A stretch of DNA of 64,000 bases from Dehalococcoidia bacterium (lineage in GTDB: Bacteria > Chloroflexota > Dehalococcoidia > UBA2979). The stretch is taken from positions 3,488,001 to 3,552,000 of the forward strand of contig OZ253555.1 of assembly GCA_965262725.1 (NCBI GenBank). Direction: 5' to 3'. A program made the position numbers and the translations under genes. Positions 1 to 9,602 of the stretch are shown one piece after another (the first letter of the stretch is position 1; each line of letters begins with the position of its first letter). The notes beneath the pieces were generated by a model that saw nothing but the letters and a program-made list of their open reading frames with translations, was not told where the DNA came from and did no database searches.

Positions 1-624
1 CATCGCGTAGGGACCGGCGCCCTCCCAGCCCATCCCGCCGTAGATCCCGGCGCCCTCGTTCGAGTTGACGATGAGGTTGTCCAGGAAGTGCTCGGAGACG
101 CGCCGCATGTCCACCCCCGGGCGATCGCCGCCGACCTTGCGCCAGAGCTCCAGCAGGTGGCCGCCATCGGGGCGCGGCTCGATGTAGCGGTGGAGCCTCT
201 CGTGCGCCTCCCGGCGGTGAGGCGGCGACCAGTTGAAGATCTCCTCGAGGATGAGGCGATCGACCCGCTCCGGGTGCTCGGCGGCGAGCATCGCCGCGAA
301 CTCCGAGCCCGTGCGGTTCCCGTCGACGTGCGCGCGCTCGATGCCGAGGCCGTCCATCAGCCAGGTGACCGAACGGGCGAACTCCTCGAGCGTCGTGTAC
401 GGGGGATCCGGCCGATCGGACTGGCCGTAGCCCACCGTCGTCATCGCGATGACGCGGAACGCATCGGCGAGGAGAGGCGCCACGTTGCGGTAGGACATGG
501 CGCTCATCGGCGTGCCGTGCAGCAGAATCAGAGGGGGCCCCGAGCCGACCTCCATGTACTCGATGTTCCCGTCGGGGCCGTGAACGAAGCCCCGTCGGAT
601 CTGCGTGGCGGCGGCTGTACCCAT
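1..624 (-). CDS. alpha/beta-hydrolase fold protein (runs off the window start; paralog of 6821..7687)
   Basis: Manual translation from ATG 624: MGTAAATQIRRGFVHGPDGNIEYMEVGSGPPLILLHGTP...GYGQSDRP...GNRTGS...GMGWEGAGPYAM. Open to position 1; not in the ORF track. Confidence 0.85.
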   Translation of the reverse strand, partial: MGTAAATQIRRGFVHGPDGNIEYMEVGSGPPLILLHGTPMSAMSYRNVAPLLADAFRVIAMTTVGYGQSDRPDPPYTTLEEFARSVTWLMDGLGIERAHVDGNRTGSEFAAMLAAEHPERVDRLILEEIFNWSPPHRREAHERLHRYIEPRPDGGHLLELWRKVGGDRPGVDMRRVSEHFLDNLIVNSNEGAGIYGGMGWEGAGPYAM

Positions 625-732
625 CCTCGCTGCTCCCCTGCTGCCGGCGCGGTCCGCCGGCCCCTCCGCGCCGCCTCCGTGGCGCCGCGAGTCACCCGCA
701 TCCTACGATGCGCGCCCGCGCGGCGGCGCGCG

Positions 733-1572
733 TCAGTGCGGCGTGAAGAAGCGCCTCAGCGAACCGGCGAAACGCACCGGATCGTCGGCCGCGATGAAGT
801 CCGTGGCGTCCTCCAAGATCTCCCACTCCGCGAGCGGGAGCAGGCGGCGCGCGTCGGCGAACCAGCCGTAGACGCGATCGCGGGTGCCGCCGAACAGGAG
901 CACCGGCGCCTCCAGGCGCGCCGCCCCCGCCCGAAGGTCGTAGCGCCAGATGGCGCGGTAGCCGAGCGCGAAGTCGGGTCCCGCCGCGAGGTAGCGCTCC
1001 ACGTGCCACCCGACCTCCTCCGGGATCAGGTAGGGGTACTGCCCCAGCACGCGGTTCCAGAGGCGCTCGAGGTGAGCCCCGCCGGCCACGGGCTCGATCG
1101 GCCCGCCGAATTCTCGGTCCGAGAGCCGGCCGGCCTTGGTTGCCTCGTCGTAGACGGGGAGGCCGTGGAGCGCCAGCGCGCGCACCCGCTCCGGTTGCTG
1201 CGCCGCCGCCTCGACCGCGAGCACCGAGCCGGTCGCGCGCCCGAAGAGGTAGATGCGGCCTCCGCCGAGGGCCTCCACGATCTCCCAGACCAGGCGGCCG
1301 TACTCGGCGACCCCCCACTCGTCGCCGCCGGAAAGCAGTGGTGGCCGGTCCGAGAGGCCGTAGCCCGGCGAGTCGACGGCGACGGGCCGCGAGAACTCGG
1401 CGAGGAGCGGCAGGACTCGCTCGTAATGCGAGGAGTCGAGCGGCGTCTGGTGCAGCATCACCAGCAGGGGCGGATCCTCACCCCCCGATGGTGGGGACGC
1501 GCCGGCCACCATCCGATAGTGCACCTGCCCCCAGGCCAGATCGAGATAGCCTCGCCTCACCACTCCCGCCAT
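733..1572 (-). CDS. alpha/beta-hydrolase fold protein
   Basis: MAGVVRRGYLDLAWGQVHYR, LVMLHQTP, DSPGYGLSDRP, FGRATGS; start trimmed to ATG 1572. Confidence 0.85.
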   Translation of the reverse strand: MAGVVRRGYLDLAWGQVHYRMVAGASPPSGGEDPPLLVMLHQTPLDSSHYERVLPLLAEFSRPVAVDSPGYGLSDRPPLLSGGDEWGVAEYGRLVWEIVEALGGGRIYLFGRATGSVLAVEAAAQQPERVRALALHGLPVYDEATKAGRLSDREFGGPIEPVAGGAHLERLWNRVLGQYPYLIPEEVGWHVERYLAAGPDFALGYRAIWRYDLRAGAARLEAPVLLFGGTRDRVYGWFADARRLLPLAEWEILEDATDFIAADDPVRFAGSLRRFFTPH

Positions 1573-1705
1573 CGACGACTCCGCCCTCTCCCCCGCGTCA
1601 CGCCTCTCCGCGATTCTAGACGCCCGGCCCCGCCGGCCGGCACCGCTCCCCCGGCCGAGCCGGGACCGACTATCCTGATCGCATCGCGCGCGAGGGGAGA
1701 CGCCG

Positions 1706-2377
1706 GTGGCCAACGCGAACGCCCGAGAGCCGGTCACGCTCACGGTCTACTCCGACTTCGTCTGACCCTGGTGCTATATCGGCCTCGTGCAGGTCGAGCG
1801 GCTCCAGCGGGAGTACAGTGTCGCGGTCGACTGGGCGCCCTTCCTCCTCAACCCTGACACACCGCCCGAGGGGGCGCCGGCACGCTACCGGCGCGCCGAC
1901 GACGATCCGCCGAGCCCCGCCGAGGAGCGCGCCGCCCGCGAGGGGCTCACCTTCACCCGCGGCCGGGAGCGCAGCTCCTACTCGCAGCTCGCGCTGGAGG
2001 CGGTCGCCTTCGGCGAGGAGGCCGGCCTCGACGTCATCGCGCTGCACCGATCGCTCTTCCGCGCCTACTTCGAGGAGCTGGCCGATCTCGGCGATCCGGA
2101 GGTCGTCGTGGAGGCGGCGGCGCGCGGCGGCGCCGACCCGGATGCCCTGCGCGCGGCCCTCGCCGAGCGCCGGCACCAGGCTCACGTTGAGCGCGGGATC
2201 GAGGAATCGCGTCGGATCGGCGTGACCGGGATCCCGACCTTCGTCTTCGGCGACCGTTTCGCCCTCGTCGGCGCCCACGAGTACCCGGTCTTCCAGACGA
2301 TGATGGAGAGGCTGGGACAGCCGCCGCCCGGGGGATTCGACAGGGATCGCGTCGAGCTGACCTTCCCAGGGGAGTAG
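1706..2377 (+). CDS. DsbA/FrnE-family thiol oxidoreductase, probable selenoprotein (UPWC; Sec UGA at 1763-1765)
   Basis: GTG 1706 after GAGGGGAG reads in frame TVYSDFV-TGA-PWCYIG, matching the FrnE motif SDxxCPWCYIG; the C-terminal part has GVTGIPTFVF and GAH. Confidence 0.85.
1766..1811 (+). promoter_or_regulatory. candidate bacterial SECIS hairpin
   Basis: Stem TCGGCCT (1779-1785)/AGGTCGA (1791-1797) with loop CGTGC; GTG at +22..+24 from the UGA; lower pairing CTGG/CCAG. Confidence 0.65.
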
Positions 2378-2598
2378 CGCCGGGTGCCCCGACGCGGCGC
2401 GCCACCGGCGGGGCGAGGTCCCGGCCCGGAGTCCGGGCATCGATCGGCTCGTGATCGCAGGGAGCGCACGTGCGCCGTCACGGGGATCGCGCGGCCACCC
2501 GGGCCCTCCCCGGCGGATCCGGGGGCGGCGCCGTCGTAGGATGGGGTCCCAGGCGGCCGGCAGCGCGCCCTGCGGGGAGCGGCGCGACGGGAGGCGCG

Positions 2599-3684
2599 AT
2601 GGAACGGATGCGGGTTGCGATCGTCGGGCTCAGGCGCGGCGAGACATTCCTCCGCGTGCTGCGCACGATGCCCGATGCCGAGGTGGTCGCGCTCGTCGAC
2701 CCGGATCAGGAGCAGCGCGCCCGGGCGCGCGCCCTTCTGCCCGCCAGCGGCGACGCAGCGGAGGCCGACTCGCTCGCTTCGCTGCTCGCCGCCGACGCCC
2801 CGCCCGACCTCGTGGTGCTGGCGACGCCGCCCATCGGGCGCGTCGCGGACGCCGTGATGGCGCTCGAGCGCGGCATCCACGTGCTCAGCGAGATTCCGGC
2901 CGCGTCGAGCGTCGAGGAGTGCGACCAGCTGCTCGCCGCCGCGGAGGCCTCCGAGGCCACCTATATGCTCGCCGAGAACGCCCTCTACTGGGGCTTCGTC
3001 GACAGCGCGCGCCGGATGCACGGCTCCGGCGAGTTCGGCAGGATCTTCTACGCCGAGGCCGAGATGATGCAGGATATGCGCTCGATCCTGCGCGACGCCT
3101 CCGGCGCCCCGACCTGGCGGCTCGAGCGCACCGATCCGATCACCTACTGCACGCACAGCCTCGGTCCGCTGCTCGCGATCACCGGACAGTACCCGACCGA
3201 GGTCACCTGCATGGGGACCGGCGGCTCCTTCGACGAGCCCCAGATCCACGACGTGCAGACCGCGCTCATCCGCCTCACCGACGGCGCGCTCGTGCGGCTC
3301 ACCGTCTCCCTCGCGAACGCCCACTGGCACGGCCACCGCTTCACCCTCTTCGGCACGGAGGCCTCGCTCGACACCGGCTGGGTGTGGCTCGACCGCCCGC
3401 GGCTGTGGAGCGAGCGCATCCCCCACCTCACCGGACCGATCGAGCTGCCGCTCGGGACGGAGGTGCCGGGCGCCCCCGCCGCCGCGGTCGGGAGCGGCGT
3501 GGCGACGATGAACTGGATGATGATGCGCGATCTGCTCGATGCCCTGCGGGAGGGGCGCCCGCCCCCCGTCGACATCTACGACGCGCTGATGTTCTCGCTG
3601 CCGGGGCTGCTCGCCGCCGAATCGGCACGAGCGGGCGGCACGCGAATTGAGATCCCGCAGTACCAGCTCCGCCGCCCCGCGTGA
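2599..3684 (+). CDS. Gfo/Idh/MocA-family oxidoreductase
   Basis: MRVAIVGLRRG Rossmann start, VLATPP, HVLSEIP, YMLAEN, YCTHSLGP. Confidence 0.9.
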   Translation: MERMRVAIVGLRRGETFLRVLRTMPDAEVVALVDPDQEQRARARALLPASGDAAEADSLASLLAADAPPDLVVLATPPIGRVADAVMALERGIHVLSEIPAASSVEECDQLLAAAEASEATYMLAENALYWGFVDSARRMHGSGEFGRIFYAEAEMMQDMRSILRDASGAPTWRLERTDPITYCTHSLGPLLAITGQYPTEVTCMGTGGSFDEPQIHDVQTALIRLTDGALVRLTVSLANAHWHGHRFTLFGTEASLDTGWVWLDRPRLWSERIPHLTGPIELPLGTEVPGAPAAAVGSGVATMNWMMMRDLLDALREGRPPPVDIYDALMFSLPGLLAAESARAGGTRIEIPQYQLRRPA

Positions 3685-3712
3685 GGCGGCGGGCGGCACG
3701 AAGGGAACGTCG

Positions 3713-3931
3713 ATGCGCTCGATGACCAACCGCGGCTCCTGGCTCGGGCTACTGGTCGCCGTCTTCATCTGGCAGCTCTTCGTTCGTCCGGGAGTCGCGG
3801 TGGCGATCGGATACACGGGCGGGCTCAGCCTCCCCCTGCTCGTGCTCGCGGGCTCCTTCGGCGCCGTGGGAGCGGCCATAGGCACGATGGCCTGGAACGC
3901 GCTCCATGACCGTTCGCAGAACGGACGCTAG
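3713..3931 (+). CDS. small two-TM membrane protein, hypothetical
   Basis: Two hydrophobic segments (WLGLLVAVFIWQLF; LPLLVLAGSFGAVGAAIG); lies between co-oriented genes. Confidence 0.55.
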   Translation: MRSMTNRGSWLGLLVAVFIWQLFVRPGVAVAIGYTGGLSLPLLVLAGSFGAVGAAIGTMAWNALHDRSQNGR

Positions 3932-6362
3932 CTCCTCCGACGACCCGGGGCCCGGGGAGGGCTCGCTCGCGGGCCTGCGCGTCGTCGACTGCTCCGAGGG
4001 GATCGCGGGCGCGCTCGCCTCACGCCTCCTTGCCGATCTCGGAGCCGACGTCGTGCTCGTCGAGGCCCCGCACAGGGAGGCGCCGGCGGGGCGGCGGCTG
4101 CGCGCACTCGGCCCCTTCGCCGGCGATCCCTCGGCGGAGGGAGGCGGCCTGCACCTCGCGCTCGACGCCGGGAAGCGCTCCTGGGCGCTCGACCCCGGGC
4201 GCCCGGGCGACGCCGCGCGGCTCGCCGCCCTGGTGGCGGCGTCCGACCTGCTCGTCGAGGACCGGGGCGCGGGAGCGATGGTGGAGGCAGGCCTCGACTA
4301 CGCGGCCGCGAGCGCCGCCCATCCCGCTCTCGTCTACGCCTCGCACAGCCCGTTCGGAGAGCAGGGCCCCTACGCCGGTCGCCTCAGCGCCGAGATCGTC
4401 GACTACGCGATGGGCGGCTGGATGTACTTCTGCGGCGAGCCGGGGAAGCGGCCGCTGCTCGTCTCCGGCCGCCAGTCCGAGCTCCACGCCGGAGCCCAGC
4501 TCGCGACCGGGGCCCTCGCCGCGCTCTGGGAGTCGCGGCGATCCGGACTGGGCCAGCACGTCGAGGTCACGACCTTCGAGGCATCGGTCAGCTCGCACCT
4601 CTTCGTAATCTCGGAGTGGACTCAGGAGGGGCGCGTCCGCCATCGCGTCGGCACGACCGTGCTCCCCTGCGCCGACGGCCACCTGCTGGTCACCTCGCTC
4701 AACCGCGCCGTCTTCTCGCTGCTGGGGGAGCCGGAACGGGCCGACGACCCCCAGATCGCCACGCCCGAGGGCTGGCGCTCAGCCCAGCCCGAGGTGCTCG
4801 CTCGCCTCGCCGTCTGGGCTCAGCCGCTCGCGCGCGAGGAGATCTACCGCCGCGCGCAGGAGGCCCGCGTCACCGGGCTCACGCCGATCGCCGTGACCGG
4901 GGAGCTCCTCAGCTCGCCACAGCACGAGGCGCGCGGGTGGTGGCTCGATGTCGAGGAACCCGCGGCGCGCCTGCGCATCCCCGGCTCCCCGTGGCGGATG
5001 TCGCGGAGCGCCGTCGGCCCCCGCCGGCGCGCGCCGATGCGGGGCGAGCACACCGGCGAGGAGCCCGCCCCCCGCCCCGTGCGGCCTCCGGCGCCCACCG
5101 CGGGCGGGGCACCCCCACCAAGCCTCCCCTTCGACGGCCTGCGGGTGCTCGAGGTCACCAGCGCGTGGGCGGGTCCGCTCGCTGGCCAGTACTTCGCCGA
5201 TCTCGGCGCCGATGTGGTGCTCGTCGAGTCGCCGCGCGCGCAGTTCATGCGCTCGTGGCACTTCGCCGGAAACCAGGAGTGGCCCCGAGCCTACGACCGC
5301 GGGCACGGCTTCAACCAGCTGAACCGCAACAAGCGCGGCGTGTGCATCGACCTCGCGAGCGAGGCCGGGCGCGATCTCTTCCTGCAGCTCTGCGAGCGGG
5401 CCGACGTCGTGCTCGAGAACAACAGCCCGCGCGTCTTCCCCAGGCTCGGCCTCGGCTACGAGGCGCTCGCGGCGCGCAACCCGCGCCTGCTCCTCGTCTC
5501 GATCTCCGGCTTCGGCGCGAGTGGGCCGTACGCCGGCTACCGCGCAGCCGGCTCGACGATGGAGGCCACGACCTCGATCGTCTCCCGCACGGGCTACGGG
5601 CCGGGCGAGCTCCACCAGACCGGCTCCTTCCACACGGACCCGATCGCGGGAACGAGCGCGGTGGCGGCGACGATCGCCGCCCTCGTCGAGCGCGAGCGCA
5701 GCGGCCTCGGGCAGCACATCGAGGTCTCGCTCTTCGCCTCGGGGACGCTCTTCTCGGTGGAGTCTCTGATGGCACATCAGCTCTCCGGGCTCACCCCCGG
5801 GCCGCTCGCGAACCGCTCGCTGCGCTCGGCGCCGCAGGGCGCGTACCGCTCCGCCGGGGACGACTGCTGGCTCGCGCTCACCTGCGAGACGGATGAGCAG
5901 TGGGCGGCGCTCTGCCAGGTGGTGGGCGCCCCGGAGCTCGCGCGCGCCCACCCGACGCTCGCCGACCGCATCCGCGCGCACGACCCCATCGACCTGGTGA
6001 TCGACTCCTGGAGCGCGTCACTCGATCACAACGAGGCGGCGAGGCGGCTGCAGGCGGCCGGCGTCCCCGCCGGCCCGGTCTTCGCCAACTGGGAGGTCGC
6101 GAGCGACCCGCACCTCTACGAGTGCGACTACTGGGTCGACGTCGTGCACGAGGAGGTCGGCTACCAGCGCTACGAGGGACAGCCGTGGCGGCTCTCGCGC
6201 TCCCGACCCCCGCGCCGCGCGCGCCCGGCGCCCCGCTTCGGCCAGCACAACGACGAGGTGCTGAGAGGCGCGGCGGGACTCACGTCGCATCAGATCGAGT
6301 CTCTGCGCGCCGCCGGAGTCGTCCTCGACGAGCCCACCGAGCTCCGCGGCGCGACGCCGTAG
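3906..6362 (+). CDS. family III CoA-transferase (CaiB/BaiF) with two tandem domains
   Basis: Two copies of the L.GLRV..LADLGADV and (N)RNKR/AGKRS motifs; both halves end in AP..G(E/Q)H. Confidence 0.92.
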   Translation: MTVRRTDASSSDDPGPGEGSLAGLRVVDCSEGIAGALASRLLADLGADVVLVEAPHREAPAGRRLRALGPFAGDPSAEGGGLHLALDAGKRSWALDPGRPGDAARLAALVAASDLLVEDRGAGAMVEAGLDYAAASAAHPALVYASHSPFGEQGPYAGRLSAEIVDYAMGGWMYFCGEPGKRPLLVSGRQSELHAGAQLATGALAALWESRRSGLGQHVEVTTFEASVSSHLFVISEWTQEGRVRHRVGTTVLPCADGHLLVTSLNRAVFSLLGEPERADDPQIATPEGWRSAQPEVLARLAVWAQPLAREEIYRRAQEARVTGLTPIAVTGELLSSPQHEARGWWLDVEEPAARLRIPGSPWRMSRSAVGPRRRAPMRGEHTGEEPAPRPVRPPAPTAGGAPPPSLPFDGLRVLEVTSAWAGPLAGQYFADLGADVVLVESPRAQFMRSWHFAGNQEWPRAYDRGHGFNQLNRNKRGVCIDLASEAGRDLFLQLCERADVVLENNSPRVFPRLGLGYEALAARNPRLLLVSISGFGASGPYAGYRAAGSTMEATTSIVSRTGYGPGELHQTGSFHTDPIAGTSAVAATIAALVERERSGLGQHIEVSLFASGTLFSVESLMAHQLSGLTPGPLANRSLRSAPQGAYRSAGDDCWLALTCETDEQWAALCQVVGAPELARAHPTLADRIRAHDPIDLVIDSWSASLDHNEAARRLQAAGVPAGPVFANWEVASDPHLYECDYWVDVVHEEVGYQRYEGQPWRLSRSRPPRRARPAPRFGQHNDEVLRGAAGLTSHQIESLRAAGVVLDEPTELRGATP

Positions 6363-6398
6363 CGCGGCCGGAAGGCCAGTCACGCCGCCACGGGCGCC

Positions 6399-6717
6399 CT
6401 ACTCCATCCCCGCGCCGATGCTGCGTGCGAAGGCCGCCGGGTCGGAGGGGCTGATGTAGTAGACGGCTCCCGCCCGCAGCGTGATCCGGAGCCCGTCGGT
6501 CAGGCGATTCGCACAGCCGCGCCGGCGGCCGGCTCCCCAGCCGAGCACACGGGGGATGAAGCCCACCCGCCCGACCGATGCGACCTCCCCGCGCGGGATC
6601 TCCGCCGGAACACGAACCCCGAACGGAGCCGGAGCGTCCGATCCGAGATCTCGTAGGAGGTGTTCGGGCCGCGTGGAGCGGAACGAGAGCCAGTCCTCCC
6701 AGCGCGACGTAGAGCAC
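6399..6717 (-). pseudogene. frameshifted membrane-anchored PH-like domain protein
   Basis: Pieces in three frames: LYVALGGLALVPL / TSYEISDRTLRLRSGFVFR / AEIPRGEVASV...YYISPSDPAAF. Confidence 0.45.
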
Positions 6718-6820
6718 GGGGGCGGCCGCCTGCCCGACGCGTCCCGCATCCCGCAGCCGGGCGGTCGCGCGGCGGGCCCTCCCCCAGGGAACGGCCCCCG
6801 GCCGCGCCGGGGGGACGGCG

Positions 6821-7687
6821 CTACTCCTCCGTCAGGAAGCGCGTGACCTCGCCCGACCAGAGATCGAGATCCCGGTTCGGGTTCCAGAGCTGCGGGGCGA
6901 CGGTGCTGTCGCCGGAGTTCCCCGACGGCGGACGGATGCCGCGCGCGGCGGGCATCAACTCGAGGAACTTCTCGTGCGATCGGCCGAGCTCGCTGTCCGA
7001 GCCGTGGATCACAAGCGCCGGCGCCTGGATGCGTTGCACGTGCTCCCAGGTGTCCCACGTCGTCATCGCGTGCGGGCCGGCGCCCTCCCAGCCCATCCCC
7101 TCGTAGAGCGCCTCGACGCCCTCGTCATCGTTGACGAGGAGGTAGTCGATCAGCATCTCGGAGAGCACGCGGAAGTCGGTCCCGTCCTTGTCACCGCCCC
7201 GACGCTTCCAGATCTCGACGAGGTGCCCGCCGTCCGCCCGGGGCGGGTAGTAGCGATGGCGCCGGAGGTGGGCCGCGCGCCGCGCGGGGGTCCCCCAGTG
7301 AAAGGGCTCCTCGAGGACGAGCTTGCCGACGCGCTCCGGGTAGTCCGCCGCGAGGGAAATGGCAATCTGCGAGCCGGTCTGCCCGCCGTAGAGATGGGCG
7401 CGCGCGATGCCGAGATCGTCGAAGACCCAGATGAAGGCGCGCGCGAACTCCTCGACCGTCGTGTAGGGCTCCGGTGGACGGTCGGACTGGCCGTAGCCCG
7501 GCGTGGAGATCGCGACGCAGCGGAAGTCCCGCTCCAGATGGGGCATCAGCGTCGAGTAGCGCGCCGAGGAGTGGGGCGTGCTGTGCAGCATGACGAGCGT
7601 CGGCCCGCTGCCGCGCTCGCGGTACTCGATGTTGCCGTGCTCCGTGTGCGCAAAGCCCCGGCGCTCGCCCGGGATCGTCCTCGCCAT
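6821..7687 (-). CDS. alpha/beta-hydrolase fold protein
   Basis: MARTIPGERRGFAHTEHGNIEY, VMLHSTP, PGYGQSDRP, YGGQTGS, PALVIHGSDS; start trimmed to ATG 7687. Confidence 0.88.
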   Translation of the reverse strand: MARTIPGERRGFAHTEHGNIEYRERGSGPTLVMLHSTPHSSARYSTLMPHLERDFRCVAISTPGYGQSDRPPEPYTTVEEFARAFIWVFDDLGIARAHLYGGQTGSQIAISLAADYPERVGKLVLEEPFHWGTPARRAAHLRRHRYYPPRADGGHLVEIWKRRGGDKDGTDFRVLSEMLIDYLLVNDDEGVEALYEGMGWEGAGPHAMTTWDTWEHVQRIQAPALVIHGSDSELGRSHEKFLELMPAARGIRPPSGNSGDSTVAPQLWNPNRDLDLWSGEVTRFLTEE

Positions 7688-7837
7688 CGCCCGACCTCCT
7701 TCACCCGGCGCCATGGCCGCTCGGGGTCCCGCGGAGTCGCGCGGGGCGCACTCCTCGGGCTTGACCCGCACCCGGCGGCCCTCCCGGCCCGCCGCGCTAC
7801 ACTGGCCCAATCGGGCCACCGGCGGCGGGATCGGGCG

Positions 7838-8548
7838 ATGTGCGGACGCTTCACGCTCACGGCGGGTGATCGCGAGTGGCTGGCGCGCCAACTCGGCGTC
7901 CCCATCGACGCGATCGACGCGGATCGCTACCGGCCACGCTACAACATCGCGCCGACCGATCTCCACTGGGTGCTCAGGCTGAGGCGCGAGGACCGCGAAC
8001 TGCTCGGTGCCCGCTGGGGACTCGTGAACGAGGGCGCACCCTCGCGCCGGCGCGCGGCGGCGCAGATCAATGCGCGGTCGGAGAGCGCGGCGCGCGCGCC
8101 GGCCTACCGCTCGGCCTTCGCCGACCGCCGCTGTGCCGTGCCCGCCGACGGCTTCTTCGAGTGGAGCGGAGCGGCCCGAGAGCGGCGGCCGTACTGGTTC
8201 CACCGCCCCGACGGTGGCCTCCTGCTGTTCGCCGGCCTCTTCGAGCAGTGGACGCCGCCCCGCGGCGAGGACGCGGCGGCCGCGCCCGAGACCACCTTCA
8301 CGATCCTGACCACCGACGCGAACCGGACGGTGGGCGCCGTCCACGACCGCATGCCCGTGATCCTGCCCGAGGAGAGGGTCGACGACTGGCTCTTCGAGGG
8401 GGAGCACGACCGGCGGCACCTCGAGTCGCTGCTTGAGGCGGCGCCCGACGACCTCCTCGTCGCCACCCCCGTCTCCCCGCGCGTCAACTCCGTCCGCCAC
8501 GACGATCCAGCGTGCCTGGAACCGGCCGCCGAGCAGCTCTCGTTCTAG
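7838..8548 (+). CDS. SOS response-associated peptidase (SRAP/HMCES/YedK family)
   Basis: N-terminal MCGRF, RYNIAPT, INARSE, ADGFFEW, HDRMPVIL, VSPRVNS. Confidence 0.95.
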   Translation: MCGRFTLTAGDREWLARQLGVPIDAIDADRYRPRYNIAPTDLHWVLRLRREDRELLGARWGLVNEGAPSRRRAAAQINARSESAARAPAYRSAFADRRCAVPADGFFEWSGAARERRPYWFHRPDGGLLLFAGLFEQWTPPRGEDAAAAPETTFTILTTDANRTVGAVHDRMPVILPEERVDDWLFEGEHDRRHLESLLEAAPDDLLVATPVSPRVNSVRHDDPACLEPAAEQLSF

Positions 8549-8561
8549 GGCCGGCTCCGCC

Positions 8562-9480
8562 TCAGCGCGCCTTCTCGAGCACAGCGTTGAGCGAGGCCTC
8601 GAGTTCCTCCTTGGCGACGAACGCCTCGAAGCGGGCGGCGACGCGCCCATCGGCGCCCACGACGAAGGTCCACTCGTCGCTCTCGATGCCCCAGTCCTCC
8701 AAGACGCACGCCCGGACCGCTCGCCCGAGGTCGCCCGCGATCCCCGCGGGTTCTCGTAGAGGTCGGCATGGAGGAAGTTCGCGCGTCCGGCATGCCTCGC
8801 CGCGATCGTCCAGAGCACCTACACGCGCGGCCCGCAGAGCTCGCTCGTGCAGAACGCCGGGCTGGCGAAGGCGACGAAGAAGGGGCGCCCCACGGCGACG
8901 GCCCCGGCGATGGAGAACCGATAGAGAGCCGGATCGGGATCGCCCCCGATCGTGAGATCGGCGAGCGAGTCGACGTCGGCTGTGGTACTTGTCGCGCTCG
9001 CCGGCACCGGATCGCCAACGGCCGGAGCCCGGGTTCGCTCCGCTACGGGGACGAGGATCAGCGCCGTCCGCGCACCGCCGTCGCGCCGGAGCATGGCGAT
9101 CACGGGCGCCCAGTCGCCGGGCCGGCCGAACGAGAGCCCGCCGCTGTAGGCGCCGCGGCCCCCGGCGGAGAACTCGAACAAGCGCGCGACCGACCGATCC
9201 ACCGGACCCTCCCGCGGCCGTCGACACCCCGCGGGTAGGGGTAGGAGCGGACGCGCACGGAGGGGAGCCTCACCAGTCCCTCCTCGCGGTCCGCGAGCAC
9301 GAAGGCGACGCGATGCCGCCCCGAAGCGAGAACCGGCGTCCCCAGGATCACGAGGATCACGCGAAGTCCCGAGTCCGGATCCTCGTAGGCGGGGAGGCGG
9401 CGAGCAGCGGCCGGACCGACAGGCGCCCCGCACGCCACGGCGAGAGCTGCGGGCGCACAGAGCAGGAGAGGCCACAGGGG
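8562..9480 (-). pseudogene. degraded lipoprotein with a thioredoxin-like C-terminal domain
   Basis: Lipobox-like LAVAC, then frameshifted pieces FASPAFCTSELCGP(stop 8819-8821)VL...FLHADLYENP and WGIESDEWTFVVGADGRVAARFE; at least two frameshifts plus a TAG. Confidence 0.6.
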
Positions 9481-9602
9481 CGCAGCGTCTCGCGTCCGTG
9501 CCGCGCCCGCTCGCTCCCCCCGGAGGGCTCGGAACTCCGGCGGCCCCCGCACAGGGCGGTCGAGGGGACGCTGCCCGGCCCGATACGCAGAGGGCCTCGA
9601 CG

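Noticed and set aside
1763-1765. Genome-wide UGA reassignment to Trp or Gly
   Set aside because: TGA terminates many genes here (e.g. nurA, sbcD, IS5 tnp); the two read-through cases are at Cys positions.
88-1857. Long ORFs such as 88..1857, 2182..3885, 9498..11474, 28600..30561, 48718..50949 and 59302..61308
   Set aside because: Antisense or off-frame shadows of recognisable genes; Arg/Pro/Ala-rich with no motifs, as expected at this GC content.
8819-8821. In-frame TAG after CxxxxC as pyrrolysine or read-through
   Set aside because: The same gene has frameshifts and the stop is not at a catalytic position, so pseudogene is simpler.
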